Assembly (NCBI GenBank): GCA_013265495.1
Contig: MU058584.1
Span: 3,538,508 to 3,602,507, forward strand
Source of the DNA: Vicugna vicugna
Lineage: Eukaryota
DNA: 64,000 bases
Direction: 5' to 3'
A program made the translations under genes and the position numbers. The notes under the pieces are model-generated. The model saw only the letters and a list, made by a program, of their open reading frames with translations, ran no database searches and had not been told where the DNA came from. This document shows positions 40,899 to 54,955 of the stretch, in pieces. Every line of letters starts with the position of its first letter. Positions within the stretch are counted from its first letter, which is position 1.

Positions 40899-42474
40899 AG
40901 ATTTGCTGACTGGATGATGGAGGGGCATCATCTGGAAAAACCAAAAAGGGGAGGAGTCCAAAATCTAAAGTCACAAAATGCAGACAGTTTGGGCTACGTC
41001 ATTGGCATCAGAAGAAAGGCAAGCAGAAAGTAGCTTCAGAACATGAATGAGAGAAGATCACCGCTCTCACGCATCTGAGCCCTTCTGCACTCCACACCCC
41101 AATTCATCTCTGGGACAGAGGTGTGGGTTTGCCCCAGGAGACCCAAGAGATCAGGTCACATCGGACTCTTTAGACACATGTGGAAAGCAACGTGAACCAC
41201 CTTCCCCCAGTGTTCCGCTGTTTGCCATTTACAGCCAGGGCTGGGAAATGGAATTCTTTTTATGCGGTGAGGTGGTCCTGTGGAAGCAGAAGGTTGACTG
41301 ACTCAGGTCTTTAAATGTTTAGTTAGAGAAATAATCTATCTGAAAATTGAGGGTGGCGCAAAGGCTTTGTGTGTGTCAGAAGGGATAAGCAAAGTATTAA
41401 TTTGTCCTGCAGTTCTCATGTTCTCCCCTTGTCTCAGCCTAAAAAGTCACACACAAGCTCATGTAGGCTCCCTGAGAAACACCCGCAGGTGCCTTGCACG
41501 CTGTGGGCAATCAGAAGGTGGCCCAGGGGCGATCAGGGTAGAGACTGCTTTAGCCAGAAATCATTTTTTGTTGCTTCACTTGTATGGGCATCAAGCTAGC
41601 AAGACAGTTTGATTCCGCCTAGGATGAACTGTCTTCCCAACAATGTAACCTCATTTTTGCTGTATTTTTGTAGCAGAGAGAGAATCGTCCTTTGCCAGGA
41701 CACCAATAGCGCAGCTGCGAAATCAGAGTTCAGGTATTAGACAACTGCTAAACTCAGCCTTCTTCTGAGACGGTCAGCATCTGGATTTCTTGTGCATTTT
41801 GTGCCACTCAACCAATGAGTGAAACCCCAGTTCTGCCCTCTGCCACCCTCCACACCATCTCCCACCTGTACACAACACATCCTCAAGACTCTGGCTTCTG
41901 TTTGGTCACGTGGAACTACAGTGGGCACCCTGTTGAAGTGTATGAGCTGCTTTTCTTCATTTACATTCCTCTCCCTGTGCGTGTTTTGAGGGCTGAGAAC
42001 CTATTTTATTTAACCACATATCCCCAGTGCTCAGTCCAGGGTTTGGCCCACAGAATGTAGCTAATTATTGCTTGTAAACTTGATGAATGAATGAAGAAAG
42101 TTTAAAAGGAGAGAGGAAAATCTGGAGACAGCGTGGGGACAGAGGTTTTAGAGAATTAAAGAACGTTAAAGTAAGAATGTTTATGGAAACTATTTAGTTC
42201 AACTTGCTAATTATGCAGAGGTGGGGAGGAGAGGAATTAGAGACAGAAACAAGTATCAACAATTTTTTTGAGGAGTTCAGTGGAAACAAGAGCAGAGAAA
42301 TTGGTTGGTGGGTTGATGGGGGAGCAACAGAAGTCAGCAAAGATTCGCTTTTTGCTTTTGGTTTTTGACAACAGAACTAACAGCATCTTTATCTGCTGAT
42401 AGGAATGATCCGGTAGATCGTAAAAATCCTTGGATGTGCTTGTAAAAAGTGAGAGACAGTCACTTCATCCAGTA

Positions 42475-42528
42475 AAATTCAATTCATTGCAACTCAATTC
42501 AACTCGACTCAGTTCTGTTCAATTCAAC
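42475..42528. repeat. Degenerate (AATTC)n repeat at an L2 tail
   Basis: aattcaattcattgcaactcaattcaactcgactcagttctgttcaattcaac. Confidence 0.7.
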
Positions 42529-44284
42529 AAATATTTATGGGGAACCTATCTAGGGTGCTATTCTTTATGAGACAGACAGAAGTTTGTGAACAACATAGAG
42601 ATTCTGTTATTGTCTAGCAGAGGGAGTCAAATATACAATAGACATCAAAAGTAAGTAAATTATATAGTGTATTAGAAGACAATAAATACTAGGCAGAGGA
42701 TAACACAGAACAAACTAAGGGGGATAAGGAACACCAGGTATGAGTTGTGACTTTAAACAGAGTGGTCTGGATGGCTCTTGTTGGCTGTGCCCATCTCACT
42801 GAAAGAGCATCTCGCGCAGGGAAAACCACCAGTGCGCTCCAGAGCAGGAGCGACATGCGGATGCACATCAAGATTGGAAAAACACATAGACAAAACCCTC
42901 TCATTGCCGTTTGGTTGTCTAGGGAAAGCAATAGCCAGGGAGGATTTGGGTTAGATTGAGAGAAGGAAAGATGCTTAGGAGAAAATGAAGAAGTCCTGCC
43001 AAGAGCATGACACAAGAACATGAAAGGAAGGGTGTCCTGTGTGCCGGATGACGGAAGAAGTTCTGAGGGTGTAACACTTCTAAAAGGAAAAGCTTCAGCT
43101 AAATAACCCCACACTGGCTCCTGTCCCCACTGTTCTTTTATTTTCCTTGTTAGGACACTTAAGGAGTTCAGCACCTGGAACATACTCCACCCAGACACAC
43201 CTGCTTGCTTACCCCTCTTCCTGGATGAAGGACCAGATCCTTACTTGGCGTCACTGGAGCACCTCAGCAGAGCACGCAGTTTCAGTGACCCAAGCCCCGC
43301 AAGCCACCAGAAACCTCTAACCGAGCTGCTGACTGGAGTGAAGTGGACATGGCAGGAATTGGGGACAAAGAGAAACATCCAGACAAGTCAGAACTGCTTC
43401 TCTGTTCCTTTCACAAATGGTTCCCATTTGTCTCTTGTCACAAACTGAAATAAAGGTAGTGCTTCCTACAAATTAATATGGACTTCTCGTTGAAACGCAG
43501 ACTCTGATTCAGTAGGTCTGGAGAGGGCGTGAGAATCTGAATTACTAAGAAGCCCCAAGAAGATGTAGATGCCACTCTGAGTAACATGGGGCCAGGAGAC
43601 CTCTTCTTCTTTAGTATGCATTCTTGGCTCAGAAACCTAAGAAAACTCAAAAACATCAGCTTGTATTTGCCTGATGTATCTTTTCCTGTACCTCCACTTC
43701 CAATCTTCTTTCAAAGTTACTTTCTTTTAGTGTATTTTTAAATAAACAATCTATATTGTCATTATTCTCTTTAAAACACAGAATAACATTCTCTATCTTT
43801 TGATAAAGGGCATTAAGTTGACATTTAATTAAATGTGTTGGAATTTCATCTTCTATTTTTACATCAATTAATTATTTTATGTGTTTTATATTACTTTTTT
43901 CTTGTACTTCTTCTTCTCTTTTACCAGCTTGGATAAGTTTTTGTTTAATATTCCTCTTCCTCCTTCTTAGTTTGAAGTTTTCATAGTCAAGTACCTAAAA
44001 TGAAACTTCTAGGATTCCAAGTGTATATCAAGATATTAATTAACATGTTGATAAATGCACATATGAGGTAGGAGATATACTTACATAAATATCAAAATTT
44101 GCCACAAGAAGTAGATCAATGTTTCAAAAATATTGAATAGTTTAATAATACATTTAATAAATACATTTAATTGGACTCTACAAAAAAGATAATGTATTAT
44201 TTTATTATTTAATGTTCTTGCACAGAGGAAATTTTTTTTTAAATCAACAACTACTCTACCTAGAAGTTAAAGAGTACAGTCTTA

Positions 44285-45750
44285 CATATGGATCAATAAT
44301 AGAATTGAGAGCCCAGAAATAAACTCACAGACTTACAGTCAATTCATCTACAACAAAGGAGGCAAGAACATACACTGGAGAAAGGCAGTCTCTTCAGCAA
44401 GTGGTGTCAGGAAACCTGAACAGCCACATGTACATCAATGAAGTTAGAACACTCCCTCACACTACCCACAAAAATGAACTCAAAACAGCTTAAACACTTA
44501 AACGTAAGACAAGACACTATAAACCTACTAGAAGAAAACATAGGCCAAACATCTTCTGACATACATTCTAGCAATGTTCTCCTAGGGAAGTCTACCCAGG
44601 CAATAGAGATAAAAGCAAAAATAAGCAAATGGTACCTAATTAAATTTATAAGCTTTTGCACAGCAAAGGAAACCATAAGCAAAGCAAAAAGACAACTTAC
44701 AGAATGGGAGAAAATATTTGCAAATGGTGAAACTGACAAAGGCTTAATTTCCAGAATATGCAAACAGCTCATACAACTTAATAACAAAAAAACAAACAAC
44801 CCAATCCAAAAATGGGCAGAAGACCTAAACAAGCAATTCTCCAATGAGGACACACAAATGGCCAAGAGGCACATGAAAAACTGCTCAATATCACTAATTA
44901 TCAGAGAAATGCAAATTAAAACTATAATGAGGTATCACCTCACACCAGTCAGAATGTCCAGTATTTAAAAGTCCACAAATGATAAATGCTGGAGAGGGTA
45001 TGGAGAACAGGGAACACTCCTACACTGTTGGTGGGAATGTAGTTTGGTGCAGCCGTTATGGAAAACAGTATGGAAATTCCTCAAAAAACTAAAAATAGAG
45101 AATAAAATAAATTCAGCAATCCTAGTCCTGGGCATATATCTAGAGGAAACTCTAATTTGAAAAGATACATACACCTCAATATTCATAGCAGCACTATTCA
45201 CAACAATCAGGACGTGGAAGCAAACTAAATGTCCATTAACAGATGATTGGATAAAGAAACTGTGGTATATTTCTACAACGGACTACTACTCAGCCATAAA
45301 AAGAATAAAATAATGCTATTTACAGCAACATGGATAGAATTGGAGATCATCATTCTAAGTGAAATAAGCCAGGAAGAGAAAGAAAAATAATATATTATAT
45401 CACTTACATGTGGAATCTTTAAAAAAAAAGACACAAATGAACTTATTTACAAAACAGAAATAGATTCACAGACATAGAAAACAAACGTATGGTTACTAGA
45501 AGGAAGGGGGAGGGAAGGGAAAAATTGAGAGCTCAAGATTTGCAGATACTAAGTACTATATATAAAATAGATACACCGCAAGTTTCTTCTGTATAGCACA
45601 AGGATCTATATTCAATATCTTATAGTAACCTATAGTGAAAAAGAATATGAAAGTGAATGTATGTATGTATATGTATAACTAAAACATTATGCTGTATACC
45701 AGAAGTTGACACAACATTGTAAACTGATTACACATTTCAGTAAAAAAGAA
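44285..45750 (+). mobile_element. 5'-truncated LINE-1 (ORF2 C-terminal part, 3' UTR and A tail)
   Basis: ORF 44438-44968 reads ...[22 protein letters not shown]...[16 protein letters not shown]...[20 protein letters not shown], typical L1 ORF2. Frameshifted downstream; 3' UTR ends in an A-rich tail. Confidence 0.95.
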
Positions 45751-48700
45751 AAAGTCATCCTGTTTAAAGAGCAGACAAAGGTATCATCCCAAATCGACAA
45801 ATTTTCCAGCTCTTGACAGAAGTGCCTTTCAAAGTATTAAATGTGTTATACATGGGGAAAAAAAATCTAAGCTCAAATGTGGTTAAGGCACCCAGTGGAA
45901 GAACAATGGGCTGTGGACACTTTATTGTGCTCTTAAATTTTGATCAATGTGCAAAATCAAGTTCGGTCAACTAAGTGCCTCTACTGTTAGGACAATGAAT
46001 ATTAGATAGACATTGAGAATATTAATACTCATAAGAAATGAAATGCACAATGCAATAGGAAGCAGGCACCAAAGAAAGTTGATCATGTGCCTGATGGAAC
46101 ATGAAATGACTACTTCATGAGAGCATGAGGGTTCAGTCAGGCAGTAACTTTCTGTTCCAACAGCATCATACTGCAGATGGGCAGTCAAGTGATGCTTACC
46201 TGTTTAGAAGGACATTCTTATACCCTAGCCATGGTTTGCTCTCTGAGTCTTATAATCCTTCCATGTACCTTGCTAGAAATTCTGGTCCTAAAATGTGCTA
46301 CAAACACCCAAAAGTTGAAAACCAATGGCAAAGATGTGGGCAATCTGACAGTCTAAAGTTTCTAATGAGGCTTCCCCCTTGATAGTTGTGTAACATTGGA
46401 CATGTTATTTAATCTTTCATCATATGTAAAATGGGCAGGATAATACCCACTTCCAGGACTCTTGTGAGGTGTAAGTGACATACCAAGTGTCACTTGTGGG
46501 AAAGGTGCTTGCCTTTCAAAGTGTCTATAACATAGTATCTGACAAATAATAGCTATTGTTCTTTTAGAGATATAGACCTGTAGTACCTTGGTAGTTTAAT
46601 AAAAATATTGATTTGAGATTCCCCTCTAGGGCATTCTGATTTAGTAAATATAGGGGGAAGCCCAGAGAGACATGCACCATTTACTTACTTTAAGTTCCTT
46701 AGTGATTCTAATGCTCAATCAGGTTTGAAAACCAGCAACATAGATAACGAAATAATAAAAATGAAATGTATCAGTTATGTTCAATTGCTGAAAGTGTCTT
46801 TAAGCATAGCTTTTTTTAATCTAAACCATATCATAATTCTGTGAGGATGGTATTCATATATCATTATTCCTACTTTATAAAAAAATTTTAAAAGAGGCAT
46901 TGCTCTAATTTCATACAGGTAGTAAGTATCAAGAAATAGAGAGATGAGAAATTCTTCTGACCTACAGTTCAATGCTTTTTCTATGCACAATGTTTTCTAA
47001 CTGCTTCATTTTGAATATTTACTTTCTGTATAAACAGATGGATTTAGCTGTCTTTAAGGAAAGAAGCATCATATAGCTGTCGATTATCCATAAATGATGT
47101 TCAATATTATAGTCAAAATGTGGTTATATACATGTGTGTATTTAAATTACTTAGGATGTAACAAGAAATTTAGCTTCCAGTTTTTACCTTTCTGCCCTCA
47201 TTTCAGAAGGTCTCAAAGGAATTGAAGATGATGATTTTAGAGATAACACCTTCTCCATATTCTACAAAATCACTAAACCCTTATTCAGAGATTTTTACCT
47301 CGTCTATTCTTATTTTTTAATTATAATAATCACATTATCTATTAAATAGACTCAATGGTTTTAATTAACTGAAGAAATATTGGCAATGATTTTGAAGGGC
47401 TAATAAGATTTAATGCAAAGCTATTAAGATGTATTATAGTGTCACAATTCATTGTCATGAAATAGAAGGCAAAACTATTATATAAGCTTCCAATCTATTT
47501 TTGATCACTTATAAAATAAAACTTGAGTCAGCACCTAAGAACATGAATGTGGGAATTCAGACTGGATTCAATTCACAGAACCCCTCCCATAAGTAGATGT
47601 ACTAGAAGTCATTTCAGAAGTCTGTGCTTTTGATTAAGGAAACACGCCAGAAAGAGATGCTGGCAACCAGACAGCTGGAGGGTTTTCCATAGACTTCGAC
47701 AACCTTATTAGCTCTTTTATTCATTGTATGTCTTGAGACTTTTGATTTCTAAACCCCTTTGATATTTTTTCACCATAGATCTCATGCAAGTGAGCCCCCC
47801 AACTTGTCAAAACAACCCTAGGTCAGCCCTTTGCCCACTTCTTTCTTTCCATCCAAGAATTTGTTTCCTTTGCTTTCTGTTTTAGACCTGCTAATATTCA
47901 TTTTATTTCTGAGGATTTCTTGACTGTGGAGTGGAATACGGAGTCATTAAGTAAGTAAAATAGGTCATTTTTGTTTGTTTTGAGATCTTTCATTCTGGGA
48001 AATGGTCAGAAAGTAACAGCAGTAACACAGGTAGAGGGGATTAAGAAAGCTTACTAGGTCTCATGGTCAAGATCCTTGATCCACAGCCCCTAAGTTCATT
48101 AGGAAGTCCTAATGGCCTCCACTCCCTCAAAAACATTGGAGCTCATCAAGGTACACTGCCCTTCTCTGAGTACAATTTATCCTTTATCAATTTTATATCA
48201 CCCATCAATTGTCACTATTAACTGAATAAATAGTCAATAAGTATTTATTACTGTTTCCAATGTGGTAGCACTGTTCTAGGCACTGCTAGGAAGGAAAAAC
48301 TGCTCCCTAATGCTTCCATCTTCTTTCATCTTTTTTTGATACTTCCATTTGGTCATCTAGAATTCTTAAGATTTTTATGTGTTTGCTATAGACAAGAATC
48401 TTTTAACTTTTTTGATTTCATATCCATGTAAGAAAGGTAAACACTTTGGACAATTTTCCCAGAATAATTCACATTCACATGGGCATGACATTTGCAAACA
48501 TCCTCGGGAAGTTCATGGACCCTTGACACTCATCCATGACACCTCGGGTAGCCATGGGTTTCAGATTTAGAACTATGAACACAGACATTTCTGTATATTA
48601 TTTTCTGAGTCCCAAAGAAAAGTTTTAGATTAAAGGAGATAAAGGGATAGAGAAGGAAGAGTTGTAACAAGAAGATGAGGGACAGTTCTGAATTTAAGAT

Positions 48701-50113
48701 TCGGATCTGAAAATGACCCTGGGAATGATTTGGCTACCATATCGGAAGTACAATTAGAGAACATTTTTGTCATCACAGAAACTTATATTAAATAACGCTT
48801 TTCTGGAGAATCCTGGGTTTGATATAAACCCTTTAAGATGATCATCACTGAGAATTAGTGTAAACTTGCATTCCTCCGAGATGGAAAATGAAATGTCATA
48901 CATATCCTTGTGTAGTGGAAGCTAGAGGGCACAACTCAAGGTTCAAGATGTGTTAAGACCAGTTGGTAAAAGTATACATGGGAAATATCAGCTACCCTAC
49001 TTCCCAATGTTGCTAGGGTCACTTTGAAATGAGTCTAAATTATAGGGAGCATTTTTTGCCTCTCAAGTTCAAAATAAAAAATGGATAAGCGGAGTCACAA
49101 AAAGGATAATCTATGAATGATGTGAATTATGAAATTATGGCAGATCATAGAGTAACTGGAATAGCACCACAACACAATTAAAAGAGCAAGAGCTTTGTAA
49201 TCAAGTGAACTCAGGATTAAAACTCAGTTTCTCCACGTACTGACTGCATGGCCTTGACATATTACAGGACCGCCACAATTTCCTCATTTTTAAAAATGGG
49301 AATACTTACATGTACTTTGCAGGATGGTAAGAGTTAACGATCAAGCACCTGACTTTTGTAGGCATTCAATAAATATTGATTGGATGAATAAAGACTAGCC
49401 AATGTGGTTGTTCTTTATTATTATTCTTTACTGTATCATTAATTTTAAGATTGGGAATAAATTGATGAAGACAGCTTCAAAACCTACTTTTATGAAGTCA
49501 ATCACATTGTAATATATCTGCTCATTTGTTTGCATCTTCTTTAAAATGTTTCCCATATTTTCCCAGAACATTCTGTGTTTCTCACAAAAAGTAGGCTTCC
49601 ACCATCAAAGAAATGAAGAATTGTAGGAAAGTGCCTTCCATAAGTAAGAGGAAAACTCTATCCAATTAAAACAATCAGAAGACATTGAGTCACCATTAGT
49701 AGCTACAATATGTATTAGAAAACTATGAAATAACATAAATAAACAAGTGAAATTCACTATTTAAAGGAGAGCCACAGTGAATACTCTGATAATGAGACTA
49801 CACACATACTACCTTGTATGTTGTCCATTGGATGCAACTCCCTTTAGTCCACCCTTCTTTGTGAGCTTTGAGTTCTGCTGGTCAAGATATGAACTCATTA
49901 AAAGGCACGTCTTTACATCTGTAAGGCTTGTGCACCTGATAAAACAATGAACGGAGGGCATTTCAGAGCAACCCCTGGAATCATCTCCTGGACTCCTGTG
50001 CTACCTCACTCATAATGCTCTCTATTAAACTGACACTCATGTTATCCATTTCTTCCTGAAACTACATCTTCTCAACAAGAAAACCATGTTCAAGTTTGAC
50101 ATTTCTTTCCTAG

Positions 50114-50182
50114 GATTAAACAAAGTACCTTCAGTGAGTGACATGATGGCTGACATAGGAAGAGAAAAAAAATGGAAAAGGA
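50114..50182 (+). pseudogene. FMO pseudogene B (FMO8-like by position), exon 8 (frameshifted)
   Basis: tttctttcctAG acceptor and GA/GTAAG donor. GLNKVPSVSDMMADI...MEKE. 69 nt instead of 73, i.e. a 4-nt loss in the A-rich stretch. Confidence 0.85.
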
Positions 50183-50590
50183 GTAAGAAAGTTGCTTCTT
50201 GATGAAAGTCAATTGAAAGCGTTTAGATGGAGCTGTCTTTCAAGTATTCTTTACATTTTTCTCATTGTAGACTCTGAATCTATTTGCCTAGATGACATCT
50301 CAAGTTATCAGCTTTTTATTTCCTCATAACCAATCATAAATATCACGTGTGGAATATTTATGGAATACTGAAGGGGACATAGGAAGAGAAAAAAAATTGA
50401 AAAAGAGTAAGAAAGTTGCTTCTTGATGAAAGTCAATTGAAAGTGTTTAGATGGAGCTGTCTTTCAAGTATTCTTTACATTTTTCTCATTGTAGACTCTG
50501 AATCTATTTGCCTAGATGACATCTCAAGTTATCAGCTTTTTATTTCCTCATAACCAATCATAAATATCACGTGTGGAATATTTATGGAAT
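50152..50590 (+). repeat. Tandem direct duplication, 2 x 215 bp with a 9-bp junction
   Basis: Copy 1 is 50152-50366, spacer actgaaggg is 50367-50375, copy 2 is 50376-50590; about 3 mismatches by eye. Confidence 0.95.
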
Positions 50591-51466
50591 GAAATGGATA
50601 CAGAATGGTCCAGCCTGGAAACTTCAGAAATTCATTTAAAGTTCATGCAACACTAGATATAGCCTACAATTATGAACTTACGTCATGCCATAACCTTAGA
50701 GATGTAAAGCACCTGCAAATGTGTGATGTAACGAAAGATTGTTCAACTCTTTAAAGGAGTTGGAAAAATAAACCAATGTGAGAAACGAGATGGCAAATCA
50801 TTACAGAATTCAATTAAAATTCTGCCGTGAAATCAGAAGCTTGAAGCTTGTGCCAAATCTTCTTAATGGAAAATTATTCTCAACCTGTGGGGTTGGGAGT
50901 GTAATTTATTTCTATTCAACAAATACCTGTTGAGAATCTAACTGTGCATGTCACAGCATGTTCTCTACCAGCAAAAGGCTTTATTCTATGAAGTCAGTTG
51001 TCCAGTAACTTTGGTTTAAAAAGGTGGTCCAGGAATTGCATTTCAGTAATATTTAAAATCAAATTAATGTCACACATTTCTGAATAACTAATCTAATATA
51101 TAATAGAATTTATATAGCGTATTCCTCATCATTGATTATCCAAAACGAGATTATATCCTAGTTGAGAATCAAATGCAAGGCCAAAGTACAGGATTTAGGA
51201 AAAGAATGTTAGTAAGACAAAAGTCTTCTGAAAGACACCTATTATTATCCAAGACCCTTGGAAGGATCTGAAGGGGACAAAACACACTACATGAATATTT
51301 TGTTAGAAACCACGGAGACCATGGTCAATGAAAACAAGAAGACTCTTCTTATCTCTCACTTTTTGGAGAAATCATCAATCAATGTTTACAGAAAATTGTG
51401 CTTGGAGGGGTGGAGGCTATCATCCAACTTGAGGTTTCTGATTTTTTTTTCTCCTTCTGGTTTCAG

Positions 51467-51824
51467 ATTCATGAATAATCCCCGTGATTACATGCAGAGT
51501 GCAGTGTGTGGATTACACGCAGAGAAGAAATTGCCTCTGAAATAGGAGTGAATCCCAGCCTGTTCTCACTTCTCCTGTGGGATCCAAACCTGGCTCTGGA
51601 AGTTTTCTTTGGGCCATGCACACCTTACCAGTACCACCTACAGGGGCCAGGGAAGCGGGCCGGGGCCTGGGGAGCCATCCTGACCCAGAGAGAGCAGGTC
51701 ATCAAGGCCCTGAGGACTCACACCCTCACCTGTGACCAGCCCCCATACTCTGTGCCATTTGGGCTTGAAAGTGCTGTATAGCCCTTCTCCCCTTTGTTCT
51801 CACTTCAGTCATTATTAAGGATAA
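51467..51824 (+). pseudogene. FMO pseudogene B, terminal exon 9 (frameshifted)
   Basis: ctccttctggtttcAG acceptor; FMNNPRD / TCRVQCVDYT / EEIASEIGVNPSLFSLLLWDPNLALEVFFGPCTPYQYHLQGPGKRAGAWGAILTQREQVIKALRT, with two early frameshifts. The conserved GPGKW Trp reads Arg. TAG at 51779-51781; hydrophobic tail CIALLPFVLTSVII lies in a shifted frame. Confidence 0.92.
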
Positions 51825-51939
51825 TCCTCCTATGATCATCACTATATTATAGACCAACAATGACACACCCTGATTAAGAGACTGGGCATGTGCCAGTGTT
51901 GATCCCTTAATTCAGACTAGACCAGGGCAGTAAATTCCA

Positions 51940-52690
51940 AAATCACCCATATATGAGTCCTCTCTTTCATATCCTATATTCAATCTAACAACACGTTCTA
52001 TCACCTTCTAAATCAATCCAGAATTTCACCGCTTCTTACGACCTCCACTGCTACCTCCTTACTTACTTCCTACCATCAACTTTTGTTGGTATTATTGTTT
52101 AATAGTCTCCTCATAAGACTCCTTGCTTCACCCTTACATCTCTGTGGTCCATTCTCATTATAGAAGCCAAATAATAGTTTCAAAATATAAGTCAGGTTAT
52201 GACACATTATGTCCAAAACTGCCAGTGACTTCCATACCACTGAGTAAAGGCTAAACTCCAACAACACCCTAGCAGTCCGTTCAAGATCTACTTTCCCACC
52301 ACTTCTCTGACCTCATCTACTACTGCTCCCTTCTGTGTTTATTACTGGAACAAGCCAAGTTTATCCCCACACTGGGGCTTTGCACTTGCTGGAGCACTCT
52401 TCCTCCTGGACAGCAATGAAGCTCACTTCTTTACCTCCTTCAGGTCTTCGCTCAAATGTTGCTTTTTTTAAGTGAGATCTTTCTTGACCATATAAGGTAT
52501 CACTTCCTACCCTTCTCACCTGGCTTTATTGTTTTTTCCCTGTCATAATACATATCAACTCTTATTCTGCCATTTATTTGTTTTTCTATCTCCTTCTTCA
52601 ATGTAGCAGGGATTTTTTCCTGTTTTGTCTAGAACATTTCCTGGTACAAAATGGGTGCTTAAAATTTTTTGTTGAATAAATGAACAAGTA
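51940..52690 (+). mobile_element. L2 LINE 3' fragment
   Basis: ggctttgcacttgctg, ccttcaggtcttcgctcaaatgt, end tgttgaataaatgaa. Confidence 0.8.
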
Positions 52691-53594
52691 AATATCGACC
52701 CCGTTCTCAAAGAGCTTAAAATTTAATAAGAAAAAGTAGCCACATAAACAGATAAGTAACTATGGAACATTGACATATCTGTCTATAGCAAATGTATCAT
52801 CAAGTACCATTAGACTACAGCAGAGAGAGCAAAGAACTTAGAAAAGGGGAAGTGAGGAAGGAATTACAGAGATAAGGAAAATGGACTGAATCTTTGAAGA
52901 TGTTTAGGAGTTTTTTGTTTTTTGTTTTCTTTTCCTGGAAAAAGAGAAGGACACAAGCTATGCAATGTGTGGGCAAGCAGGCCAGCCTGGAATAATAGAA
53001 TATTCAGGGAGTGACCGTAGCACGTGGTGTATGGGAGTGAGGGATGGAAATGAGCCAGAAGAGGTGTTCTGGGGATGGAATTGGAAGAACCTCTGCCCTT
53101 CCCACCTATACTCACTCCCTGAGTATGTCTGAACTCGAACCAGAGCTTCCAACCCTCCTTCTCCCTGCATCCAGCCTCTCGCCTTCATCACACCATCTCC
53201 CAAACTGCCACCAGAGTTGAATTTCTAAAAGTCAAATCTAGTCACATCATTCCCCTGCTTAAAAGCAGTTTCACTCTTTATTGTCAATGGAATGAAGCTA
53301 AAACACCTTAGCTTGCATATAAAGTTTATTTCTTAGAGATTGCAAGTAAACTTTTTCATTTTTATTAGAAGTTTTCTATATTCATCCAAAAATATAATAT
53401 TGAAATTCACATTTACATATGATACATAATTCAGTTGTTGCCACATCAGACTCCTGACTATACTTCTGAGAAGATTCATCATATAAATCTAATCACGTAA
53501 GAGTAATTCCAAGCATAGAAGAAGTTTTTTTTGGTTTTCTTCATTACTTTGACAATTTTGTTCTGGCCTCTTACTGACAAATGATCCTCATCAG

Positions 53595-53780
53595 CAATGG
53601 GTCTCAAATTTCACTGTGCAGTCAAATCCTCTAGAGAAGTTGTAAAAACACAAATTGTTGCACTCTATTCAGAGAGAATAAAATTTGTTAGGTCTGGGGT
53701 AGGACCCAAGAATTGGCATTTCGAGCAAGTTCCAAGGTGATGTTGCTGCTTTGCGGGGACCACGCTTTGAGAACCATTGT
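53595..53780. mobile_element. MER5A-like hAT-Charlie MITE
   Basis: taggtctggggtaggacccaagaattggcatttc...ggggaccacgctttgagaaccattg. Confidence 0.75.
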
Positions 53781-54936
53781 CCCATAACAGTTGCAGCCAT
53801 GTGGTCAAGATTACTTATGAACTCACTTCATATGTCCATGGGAAGTGAATTCAGCCAAGAATGTCAAAACACAGAGGTTTTAGAAAAATGACTGATCCTG
53901 TTCTCTCACTCTGGAGTAACTGCATAGACAGATGTAGAGGGTAGACAGCAGATCCTTTGGGACCCTGGGAGAGCCAGCTCAGCATTCTTTTTAAGCGAGC
54001 CAAAGACGTCTTCTCCAGTTTAACCTTTATCTGAGATACTTAGAGAGGGATCCCTCCTTGGTCACAGCCAGTTCTGCCTGAGGCTGGTCCTGCCAGAGGG
54101 CCCGTGAGTGGCGACAAACCCCACCTCTATCAGTTTCTACATGCACAACACCTACCACAGAGCTCACATCCACGGAAGCTCACACTAAGCTCTTATGTCT
54201 GAATGACCAAGTTCCATTGAACCCAAATATGCTGGAGGGATTCAGTGCAAGTGGAAAGTACTTTTGAAATTTGTTTCTTTGTATATGTTTATTCTGGATC
54301 TTTGATGGTGTCTATTTCAAAGAAACAATAATTGCATGTATATTATAATTTTTGACATCAGGTAATACTTTGCACAGAATCCTTCAGAGGTCAGAAAGCT
54401 TTAATATCCTTTCATCCCTCAGAAATGAAACATATGTTAAGCTGTCTGGCCTAAGGCTGCACACTGAGTCACTGCAGGATGTGGAGATTAAAAGCCCAGG
54501 AACTCTTAAGAGTTACATCTTGCGCCTGTAACAATACAGCTAGCTGCTCAGCCGTAGTTCCTTAACTTTTCTTGAAGAATTGAAGAAAATTAAGAGCTCA
54601 ACAATAGAGGAATCATGATATAAGACTTGAATTATTCTCTGAAACCAACTAAACATAGAAATGCCTGAGTACACTACTGAACACATGTCAGTGTTATTTT
54701 CTGGGGGAAAAAAACAGATTACATAATGACCTTGGTTTTTAAACATAACAATGAAAACCTGGATCTTAAAGTCTCAAATTATGTCAAGACAAGTTGGGAC
54801 GAAGATGAAGGGAGACTAAATTTGGGCTAAATTCCAAGACAATAAAACATACTCAAAATATTCCATTTACTTGTGACTGTCCTGTAGTAACTGTGAGATA
54901 CCACTGAAGGTGGGTGATGGAAGTTTGGTGCGCTCT

Positions 54937-54955
54937 GTGCTCCACCTGCTGGCAA
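54937..54955 (-). promoter_or_regulatory. CTCF motif
   Basis: Reverse complement TTGCCAGCAGGTGGAGCAC. Confidence 0.55.

Noticed and set aside
11896..41715. Shared 12-mer caatagcgcagc at ~11896 and ~41704
   Set aside because: 12-mer matches are expected by chance in 64 kb.
44407..44874. 155-aa minus-strand ORF
   Set aside because: It is the antisense frame of L1 ORF2, a common artefact.
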